Shown piece after piece: positions 56,737 to 64,000 of a DNA stretch of 64,000 bases (positions are counted from its first letter, which is position 1; each line of letters starts with the position of its first letter). This DNA is from a bacterium (GTDB taxonomy: Bacteria > Patescibacteriota > Minisyncoccia > Phycocordibacterales > CAIZLB01), in the NCBI GenBank assembly GCA_043745355.1, contig JAYTSY010000011.1, positions 16,822 through 80,821 on the forward strand, written 5' to 3'. A program made the translations under genes and the position numbers. Under the pieces are notes generated by a model. It saw only the letters and a list, made by a program, of their open reading frames with translations. It had not been told where the DNA came from and did no database searches.

Positions 56737-57747
56737 ATGTTCTCACTTTTCAACACCAAACATTCAGCATCATTCATTGCAATCGGCGACGTCGTCATCG
56801 ATGCTTTCATCAAACTACAGAACGCACACGAAGTCCCTGTTGGAAACACGGGCACCAGTGAACTTTGTATGCCATTTGCGGACAAGATCCCTTTTGAATT
56901 TGCAGAAGAGTTGCCAGCAGTTGGCAATAGCGCAAACGCAGCGGTCTCTGCTGCGCGACTCGGCCTCGCCTCAGCCCTCGTTGCCAATGTCGGAGATGAT
57001 CAACACGGACAAGAGTGCATTACTCAACTGCACAAAGAGCATGTCAACACACATTTCATTACCGTTCACAAAGGTTTGAAAACCAACTATCACTATGTAT
57101 TGTGGTTCGAAAAAGAACGCACTATTCTCATCAAGCACGAAAAATATCCTCTCGCCCTACCGAATGTCGGCAATCCTGAATGGCTGTATCTGAGTTCTCT
57201 TGGAGAAAATTCTTTTGAGTTTCATACTGTCATCGAAGACTATCTTGATAAACATCCAAATATCAAACTTGTATTTCAACCTGGTACGTATCAAATGAAA
57301 TTCGGGGCGGCAGCGCTTGCTCGGTTATATAAACATACCGAAATATTTTTCTGTAATCTTGAAGAGGCACAGCGCATCCTAGGAATCACCACGCGTAACA
57401 TTGGTGAACTCCTCGATGGATTACGCGCACTCGGTCCTAAACTTCCAGTCATTACAGACGGGCCAAAGGGTTCATATACATATATAGATAATCGCCCTGT
57501 GTTTATGCCCGCGTATCCTGATACGAAACCACCCTATGAACGAACAGGTGCAGGAGATGCATATGCATCCACGTTCACAGTCGCACTGGCACTGGGTCAA
57601 AAAATAGAAACGGCAATGAAGTGGGGTTCGGCAAACTCAATGAGTGTATGCCAATTTGTCGGAGCTCAAAAAGGATTATTAGGGCGTGGAGAGATTGAGA
57701 AACTTGTTGCAAATGCGCCATCTGAGTGGCAACTCGAGGTCCTTTGA
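56737..57747 (+). CDS. PfkB-family carbohydrate/nucleoside kinase (ribokinase-like)
   Basis: IAIGDVVIDAF N-terminus; TGAGDAYASTF anion-hole motif. Confidence 0.75.
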   Translation: MFSLFNTKHSASFIAIGDVVIDAFIKLQNAHEVPVGNTGTSELCMPFADKIPFEFAEELPAVGNSANAAVSAARLGLASALVANVGDDQHGQECITQLHKEHVNTHFITVHKGLKTNYHYVLWFEKERTILIKHEKYPLALPNVGNPEWLYLSSLGENSFEFHTVIEDYLDKHPNIKLVFQPGTYQMKFGAAALARLYKHTEIFFCNLEEAQRILGITTRNIGELLDGLRALGPKLPVITDGPKGSYTYIDNRPVFMPAYPDTKPPYERTGAGDAYASTFTVALALGQKIETAMKWGSANSMSVCQFVGAQKGLLGRGEIEKLVANAPSEWQLEVL

Positions 57748-57760
57748 ATATAAAATACAA

Positions 57761-58783
57761 TTACTTACGTAAGATGACTTTAAAGATCGCGGCACGAATG
57801 TGCTTTTCTCCCATGCCATAGTATTCAATGAGTTCGTCTGGTGTTCCTGATTGACCGAAACGATCGTGTACGCCGATGAACTCAATTGGTACAGGACAAC
57901 TCGATGCGAGTGCTTCAGCAACCGCACTTCCAACACCTCCCATTATTTGATGTTCTTCAATGGTGACAACGGCACCGGATTCACGTGCGGTTGCGGCGAT
58001 CGTCGACACATCAAGAGGCTTGATCGTCGCTAGGTTGACGACGATCGCTGCAACGCCCTCATTTTCCAACTCGTGAGCAACTTTCAATGCCTTATAGACG
58101 AGCGCACCACTTGCAATCAATGTCACATCCATTTTGTCTTTAGCCATCTTTGCGAGATCTGCTCGGAAAAATACTTGTGCCTTCCCTATCTCAAACGGAG
58201 TTTCCTCGGTCGTTATGACAGGAGTCTTTTCACGAGCTAATCGAATGTACACCGACGTTTTCACACCGCCCTCATCTGCCGTGAGCGCGGCAGCAATTGT
58301 TGCCTTACGTGCCTCGATTGCATCGCACGGTGAAATAACAGTCATGTGCGGAATGACACGCGTAATTGCAATATCCTCGATCGCTTGGTGCGTCCCTCCA
58401 TCGGGCCCCACAGAAACACCTGCATGCGACCCAGCAATAATAACTTTTCGATCATTGTAACAAATAGTGGTGCGAATCTGCTCCCAATTTCGCCCAGGGC
58501 TAAACATTGCATATGATGTGATGAATGGAATTTTACCCATTGCTGCCATGCCAGATGCGACAGATGCGAGATTCTGCTCTGCGACCCCCATTTCAATAAA
58601 TCTTTTTGGAAACTTTTCCTTGAACAAATTCATTTGTGTCGATTCTGTGAGATCGGCACATAGCCCCACAACATTCTCATTGTGAATACCGGCCGCAAGC
58701 AAACCTTGTCCGAACCCTTTTCGAATCGGCAATTGCTCGACGTCAGCATCAAATATTTTATTGTTTAGTGGTATAGTGTTCAT
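57761..58783 (-). CDS. Transketolase, C-terminal (pyrimidine-binding) subunit
   Basis: FIEMGVAEQNLASVASGMA...GPDGGTHQAIEDIA; start set at MNTIPL (58783). Confidence 0.8.
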   Translation of the reverse strand: MNTIPLNNKIFDADVEQLPIRKGFGQGLLAAGIHNENVVGLCADLTESTQMNLFKEKFPKRFIEMGVAEQNLASVASGMAAMGKIPFITSYAMFSPGRNWEQIRTTICYNDRKVIIAGSHAGVSVGPDGGTHQAIEDIAITRVIPHMTVISPCDAIEARKATIAAALTADEGGVKTSVYIRLAREKTPVITTEETPFEIGKAQVFFRADLAKMAKDKMDVTLIASGALVYKALKVAHELENEGVAAIVVNLATIKPLDVSTIAATARESGAVVTIEEHQIMGGVGSAVAEALASSCPVPIEFIGVHDRFGQSGTPDELIEYYGMGEKHIRAAIFKVILRK

Positions 58784-58945
58784 ATAAATATATTTGAAAC
58801 GATAATAATCATAACGATAGGCATCCACACCCAGAAAAGTTTTTCACCATATTCAATAATAAATGCACTGAGGGGTTTGGGAGCTTCCACATAATGGAGA
58901 GTAAATCCGATAGCATTCATTGTATTTTCTCTGACGGCTTTCATA

Positions 58946-59866
58946 TTATTTCAAAGTAGCATGAGCATTAATAGTTTCCGCAATAGCATCCAATTCCTTA
59001 AGTGCCGCCGCTCCTTGCTCCGCCTTCGGCGGAGCACCTTTCACATCTGAAAGGCCTGGCGGCGTGCCGTGCCACTCGAATCTATTTTCCATGAACGAAA
59101 CGCCTTTTCCTGGAATAGTGTGGGCGATGATCATCGTCGGCTTTTGATGATTTGCCTTTGCCGCATCCACCGCACCAACAATCGCTTGCATATCATGTCC
59201 GTCGATCTCAATTACATACCAACCAAACGCCTTCCATTTATCATACAACGGATGTAACGGCATAATATCCTCGGTGAATCCATCAATCTGAATGTTATTG
59301 CGGTCAATGAACGCAATGAGATTGCTCAACTTTTCTTTGCCGGCAAGAAGTCCTGCTTCCCAGATCTGTCCTTCGTCGTGTTCCCCATCAGAAAGCATGG
59401 CATAAAAGAATTTTGAACCGAATTGATCTCCGTTCATACGAGATGCGATCGCCATGCCAACAGCCTGAGAAAGCCCTGAGCCGAGGGGGCCCGAACTCGT
59501 CTCGAGCATTGGTAAAAACTCTCGGTGTGGATGGCCTTGGAGTCGTGAGCCAAACTTGCGGAGTGTTTTCAATTCATCGATAGGAAAATATCCAGCGTGT
59601 GCCATGGCAGCATACATGACAGGGCAAATATGACCATTCGAAAGTACCAATCTGTCACGATCAAGCCAATGAGGATTTTTCGGATCGTGTTTTAAGATAT
59701 GAAAATAGAGTGCAGCAAAGATATCAGACATACCGAGAGGCCCCGCGGTGTGTCCGGATTTTGCCTCAAGAAGCATTTCAATGATCGAACGGCGAATATC
59801 ATTCGCTTTTATTTCAAGATCTATTATCTGTTCGTGTGTCAAAGCCATCGTGCATTTATTATACAC
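58946..59866 (-). CDS. Transketolase, N-terminal (TPP-binding) subunit
   Basis: GHTAGPLGMSDIFAALYF...SNGHICPVMYAAMA...DGEHDEG. Confidence 0.85.
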   Translation of the reverse strand: MYNKCTMALTHEQIIDLEIKANDIRRSIIEMLLEAKSGHTAGPLGMSDIFAALYFHILKHDPKNPHWLDRDRLVLSNGHICPVMYAAMAHAGYFPIDELKTLRKFGSRLQGHPHREFLPMLETSSGPLGSGLSQAVGMAIASRMNGDQFGSKFFYAMLSDGEHDEGQIWEAGLLAGKEKLSNLIAFIDRNNIQIDGFTEDIMPLHPLYDKWKAFGWYVIEIDGHDMQAIVGAVDAAKANHQKPTMIIAHTIPGKGVSFMENRFEWHGTPPGLSDVKGAPPKAEQGAAALKELDAIAETINAHATLK

Positions 59867-59876
59867 GATTTATCGT

Positions 59877-60320
59877 CTACGCAACGATGGAAGTCTCCAT
59901 TTCTTGCAGTTCCTTAAATGTTTTAGCGGTAGAGCGTGCGAGCCCATCAAATCTTCCGTTCATATCACTATGCATATCACTTACTCTAGTCGCCAAATCA
60001 CCATACATGCGGAAACTATTTTCAGAAAAAATAGTAATCATTGATTCCACCTTGCCAAATCTTTGATCCATTCTGTATTCTAATTTATCAAACCTATCTT
60101 CAAACTTTTGATCCATTTGTTCAAACTTTTGATCAATTTGCTCAAATTTGTGATCCATTTGCTTAAACCTTTCTTCAAATTTTTGATCCATTTGCTTAAA
60201 CCTCTTATCGAAGTTTTGACCCATTTGTTCCATCTTGCCATTGAAATTTCCATTAATTTCTTCAAACTTCTTGTCAAAATATTCTCTATTCATAGCAGTG
60301 TGTGTTAATTTGATATACAA
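59877..60320 (-). CDS. Coiled-coil protein built from 8-aa (24-bp) KFEQMDQK tandem repeats
   Basis: FDKRFKQMDQKFEERFKQMDHKFEQIDQKFEQMDQKFEDRF; 24-bp DNA periodicity. Confidence 0.45.
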   Translation of the reverse strand: MYIKLTHTAMNREYFDKKFEEINGNFNGKMEQMGQNFDKRFKQMDQKFEERFKQMDHKFEQIDQKFEQMDQKFEDRFDKLEYRMDQRFGKVESMITIFSENSFRMYGDLATRVSDMHSDMNGRFDGLARSTAKTFKELQEMETSIVA

Positions 60321-60340
60321 ATTATAATACTTGCAGGAGA

Positions 60341-61048
60341 TTAAAGAAACTTCAAGAAAGCATCAAATTGTTCTATAGTATTTTTGATAGAGTCACCTGT
60401 ATTAAGTGCTGATCCCACGATTACACGGCCTACTCCAACGTTAGAAATTGACTCGATAGTATCGAAATTGACTCCCCCATCAACTGTAATAATGGTCTCG
60501 GGGAATGATTTTTTAAATTCGACGAGAGTGTCGAGGACGCCATTATCAAAAGGCTCGCCTTGATGACCGATTTGTTTGATGCCCATAAATTGAATGAAAT
60601 CAATACGAGATTGATTGCTTGAATAGAAATCACGAATCGTTTCAAAAGGCGTCTCTCTACCGAAGGCGAGACCGGTCTCAATCCCCTTTTCTTTGATTGA
60701 TGCGAGGGTCATCGTGATTTCGGTGGGCGCCGCGCTCTCATAATGAACAACAATGCGCGCGGCGCCCGCCGCTATCCATCTATCTGATTCCGTTTGAGGA
60801 TTCAATGTCATTAAATCAATTTCAAAATCCAATTCCTCCCACGATGGAAATCCTTCTGTCTGATCGATGATCTTCAAAAAATCTTTATCCTGTATTTGTT
60901 TATACGGCCAGCTTTTTGTCTGGACAAATTTGCCGTCCATCACATCTATTTGAACCATCCCTACTACACCTTCAAACCGCTGCATTTGCGAGCACAATTC
61001 TTCGAATGTCTTTGGCATTATTGCCGGTATAACAATTTGTTCGTTCAT
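60341..61048 (-). CDS. rpe: Ribulose-phosphate 3-epimerase
   Basis: IDVMDGKFV; VDGGVNFDTIESISNVGVGRVIVGSAL. Confidence 0.8.
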   Translation of the reverse strand: MNEQIVIPAIMPKTFEELCSQMQRFEGVVGMVQIDVMDGKFVQTKSWPYKQIQDKDFLKIIDQTEGFPSWEELDFEIDLMTLNPQTESDRWIAAGAARIVVHYESAAPTEITMTLASIKEKGIETGLAFGRETPFETIRDFYSSNQSRIDFIQFMGIKQIGHQGEPFDNGVLDTLVEFKKSFPETIITVDGGVNFDTIESISNVGVGRVIVGSALNTGDSIKNTIEQFDAFLKFL

Positions 61049-61051
61049 ATA

Positions 61052-61555
61052 TTAGAAGAGGTTCTTTGTTTGATCAGTAGTTTCGTCAATCTTGTGAATA
61101 CGGCGTACATGTCGCTCATCACCAGAAAAAGCTGTGGCGAGCCATTTCGTGACTGCGTGTGCCGCCTGCTTATCGCTCAAAAATCTTGCTCCCAAAGAAA
61201 GAATATTTGCATTGTTATGTTTACGTGACAGTGTCAAAATCTCTTCAGGTGCCCCATAATAAAGAGCTGCTCGAACTGCTTCGTATTTATTTGCCATAAT
61301 CGCCTCGCCTTGTCCTGATCCGCCGATGACAATACCCCTCACTTCCGGTGCATCTTCAGGAATTGCACCGACTCGCCGTGCAATTTCAGCCTCAGAGACA
61401 TCACGAGCTGCCTTTGCAATATATTGTGGGTAATCATCTCCCTCGACGAGTTCATGCGCGCCACAATCGATAATTTCATGATCGGTCTTCAAATGATCGA
61501 TTAAAAACTTCTTGAGTTCGAATCCTGCGTGGTCCGCGGCAATGAATATCTTCAT
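61052..61555 (-). CDS. rpiB: Ribose-5-phosphate isomerase B
   Basis: MKIFIAADHAGFELK...GIVIGGSGQGEAIMANK. Confidence 0.85.
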   Translation of the reverse strand: MKIFIAADHAGFELKKFLIDHLKTDHEIIDCGAHELVEGDDYPQYIAKAARDVSEAEIARRVGAIPEDAPEVRGIVIGGSGQGEAIMANKYEAVRAALYYGAPEEILTLSRKHNNANILSLGARFLSDKQAAHAVTKWLATAFSGDERHVRRIHKIDETTDQTKNLF

Positions 61556-61557
61556 AG

Positions 61558-62592
61558 CTATTTTAAAAACGTAGCAGCCTTCATAACATGCGCCAAAAGT
61601 GCATGTGTATACCCCATTTCATTGTCGTACCATGCCAATATCTTTACCAAATTTCCATCAACAACTCGAGTGAATTTGAGGTCTGCGATTGACGCGTGAG
61701 GATTGCCGACAATATCTCGCGATACATATTCTTCGTTCGATGCGGTAAACGTTCCCTTCCATCTTGGATCTGCTGCTGCTTTTTCCAAAACCGCATTCAC
61801 CTCTTCCTTTGTAGTAGGTCTCTTTGTAATAAATGTCACATCAACGATAGATCCTGTAATCACAGGCACTCGCATCGATACTCCGTCGAACTTTCCAGCA
61901 AGTTCTGTCATTACTTTGGTAACTGCGATAGCAGCACCGGTCGATGATGGCACTATATTCATCGCCGCAGCGCGGCCTTCGCGCCAATCCTTCTTGTTTG
62001 GAGCATCAACAAGAGCCTGACTTGCGGTGTATCCATGAACAGTGTTCAAGATCGCTTTCTCGATACCGATCGCTTCATCGATAATTGAAATTACAGGACT
62101 TGCGGCGTTGGTCGTACATGATGCATTCGAGCTCATCGAGCACGTCGCGAGTTCCTCTTCATTCAATCCCATAAGAACAGTTACACCTTCAACCGTCGAT
62201 CCTGGTTCATCTTTTGCAGGAGCCGAAAGCACCACTCGTTTTGCTCCTGCCTTTATATGCGCAGACGCCTTTTCATACGATGTAAAGAATCCTGTTGATT
62301 CAATCACAATATCAACTGCATTATCTTTCCATGGAAGCAATGCAGGATCTTTCTCGCTCAAATATTTAACTTCCTTTCCATTAATTATCAAAACTCCCTT
62401 TGCTTTATCTGCTTTGATATCGAGGTCGCTGCGTCCGTACGCGCTGTCGTACTTCATTAAGTATGCGATATTCTCAATATCCGCAAGATCATTGATAGCC
62501 ACCACCTCAAGTGAAGCTTCTTTTGATGCTAATTTGAGAAATGCTCGCCCTATTCGTCCTGCGCCGTTTATCGCTACTCGTGTTGTACTCAT
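61558..62592 (-). CDS. gap: Glyceraldehyde-3-phosphate dehydrogenase
   Basis: VAINGAGRIGR NAD-binding; SNASCTTN catalytic cysteine. Confidence 0.9.
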   Translation of the reverse strand: MSTTRVAINGAGRIGRAFLKLASKEASLEVVAINDLADIENIAYLMKYDSAYGRSDLDIKADKAKGVLIINGKEVKYLSEKDPALLPWKDNAVDIVIESTGFFTSYEKASAHIKAGAKRVVLSAPAKDEPGSTVEGVTVLMGLNEEELATCSMSSNASCTTNAASPVISIIDEAIGIEKAILNTVHGYTASQALVDAPNKKDWREGRAAAMNIVPSSTGAAIAVTKVMTELAGKFDGVSMRVPVITGSIVDVTFITKRPTTKEEVNAVLEKAAADPRWKGTFTASNEEYVSRDIVGNPHASIADLKFTRVVDGNLVKILAWYDNEMGYTHALLAHVMKAATFLK

Positions 62593-62654
62593 ATATATGT
62601 ATGTCTTATGTTCTGTATAAATTGATTAATGCAATGCCCCTCATTATATATGAG

Positions 62655-63980
62655 CTATTGTGTTCCGCCACTACTTTGTGCCGGAGGTGTTTCTACGCCT
62701 ACAGGTGAAGGTGCTGCTGCCTGTGCAGGAGGAGCAGAAGTCTCTCCGCTCCCGGTAGTAGCTGGTGATAATGTATTCACTCCTTCTGTACCGCCATTGT
62801 TAAGGGGTGTTGTACTTGATCCATTTTCCCCACCACCTATTCCAGTTTCTGTCGACGTGCCGACATTATTTCCTCCGGTCGAGGTTCCTGTGCTAGAACT
62901 TTCACCTGAAGTCCCACCAATGGGTGATCCGTGCGCACCGCCTGCATTTAACAACAATGTCTTCAATTGATCCTTGTCAATACACACGTCATCGACACAC
63001 AATTTTTCAGTATGAATCTCTTTGGCGGTAATTTTGTCTGTGATGAATTCTTTTACCGCAAGTATCTGATCCTTAACAGCGAGAGCTATCCTTGCAAAGA
63101 ATCCACTTACACCATCCGCGGAAATATTGTCTATTTCCCTAAAGCCCGTGTTAACGAACACCATTACCTTTCCGACAGCATCAGAGCTTGATGCGTTGTA
63201 TGAACTAAGGGCCATACCTATGACATTTGTAGAGCTTGTCGCTTTCATGGCTACTCCTGCAACATCCGAGGCTGTCAGGAAATCACCTCTTTTTATGGAA
63301 CCCCCCTTCATATTAACCTTGACCGGTACTCTTCCAGAAAGGGCCACTTTTTTCCATTCTGCACCTGTTTCACCTCCGAGAGTCAAAGCAGCATTGGTTG
63401 AAATGACACCAAGTACTGGTACTCCCACCCTATCAGATTTCTTTATGTATTCATCAGCGGAAGCATCAACATCTATAGTTACTACATCCCCTGATTCCAT
63501 TCCAAGATCACTTGTCTGATATTGTTCCGCTACGTCGAAACCTCCAGAAAGAGTTGATACGAGTGCCTTTATATTGATACTGTAAATATTGTTGAAATAT
63601 GCTGATGCATTATCACCAATATCGCCTGACGGAGTATGTACCATGTAACTATCACCTGTGGCGTTTCCTGAAATAGTATCAGTCAAAGCAAGTAAATAAT
63701 GCGTGCTTCCTCCACCGTCAACGCATGACGTAACTGTAGTAATGCGCGAGTGACGATTGCGGGTAGTGTTGTAGAAAATATCACCAGTCGTAGGTGCTAC
63801 TGTGGAAATATATGTGGCAAGAGCACTGGCATTTGCATTGACAATACAAGTTCCTGAGATAGTTGTATCAACAAGGGTACCGCTTGATTTCAATGTATTG
63901 AGGGCATTAAAATTTCCTCCGATATTTAACCCTCCAGCATCGGTAACTGAAAGAAGTGATGTGCCTGCGCTATTTGTCAC
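62655..63980 (-). CDS. Thr/Gly/Ser-rich surface protein (may extend beyond the right edge)
   Basis: Low-complexity C-terminus GGTSGESSSTGTSTGGNNVGTSTETG...; beta-rich N-terminal region. Confidence 0.4.
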   Translation of the reverse strand: MTNSAGTSLLSVTDAGGLNIGGNFNALNTLKSSGTLVDTTISGTCIVNANASALATYISTVAPTTGDIFYNTTRNRHSRITTVTSCVDGGGSTHYLLALTDTISGNATGDSYMVHTPSGDIGDNASAYFNNIYSINIKALVSTLSGGFDVAEQYQTSDLGMESGDVVTIDVDASADEYIKKSDRVGVPVLGVISTNAALTLGGETGAEWKKVALSGRVPVKVNMKGGSIKRGDFLTASDVAGVAMKATSSTNVIGMALSSYNASSSDAVGKVMVFVNTGFREIDNISADGVSGFFARIALAVKDQILAVKEFITDKITAKEIHTEKLCVDDVCIDKDQLKTLLLNAGGAHGSPIGGTSGESSSTGTSTGGNNVGTSTETGIGGGENGSSTTPLNNGGTEGVNTLSPATTGSGETSAPPAQAAAPSPVGVETPPAQSSGGTQ

Positions 63981-64000
63981 ATGAAATGCTTTCGTGGCAC

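Overview
This 64 kb window is a low-GC (~40%), gene-dense, mostly minus-strand fragment that looks like a reduced Patescibacteria/CPR-type genome. Core information-processing genes are collinear: rpoD, dnaG, rpoC, rpoB, then trmD, rpsP, rnr, smc, rnc, nusB, rpmF, rnhB, dnaE, thrS, gyrB, pheST, tsf, rpsB, prfA, rpmE, rplY. One tRNA-Thr(UGU) is present. A glycolysis and pentose-phosphate block (fba, a PfkB kinase, split transketolase, rpe, rpiB, gap) lies at the right end. Interspersed accessory content includes two type II toxin-antitoxin pairs (HigB/HigA-like and RHH/RelE-like). Cell-surface islands carry a sortase with an adjacent IPATG-type substrate, a CARDB protein, a tail-collar/MdpB-like protein, an FN3-repeat protein, a type IV pilin and peptidoglycan-binding proteins. 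The most striking system is a complete diversity-generating retroelement (DGR) wedged between dnaE and rnhB at about 22.2-24.8 kb. It has a 336-aa reverse transcriptase with the DGR-specific GxxxSQ motif, and a 129-bp template repeat (TR) / variable repeat (VR) pair with 20 of 20 mismatches at template adenines. An Avd-like four-helix-bundle gene sits on the opposite strand, a C10 homopolymer lies between the RT and avd start codons, and the RT stop overlaps the RNase HII start by 14 nt. Other features of interest are a recurring palindromic motif GGGGTC(A/T)GACCCC at gene ends, a highly structured 300-bp intergenic region upstream of rpsP containing a perfect 31-bp hairpin and a 15-bp long-range helix, a NusB-NUDIX fusion, a hinge-less 760-aa SMC and a lysine-rich N-terminal tail on sigma-70. 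No rRNA or CRISPR arrays were found.
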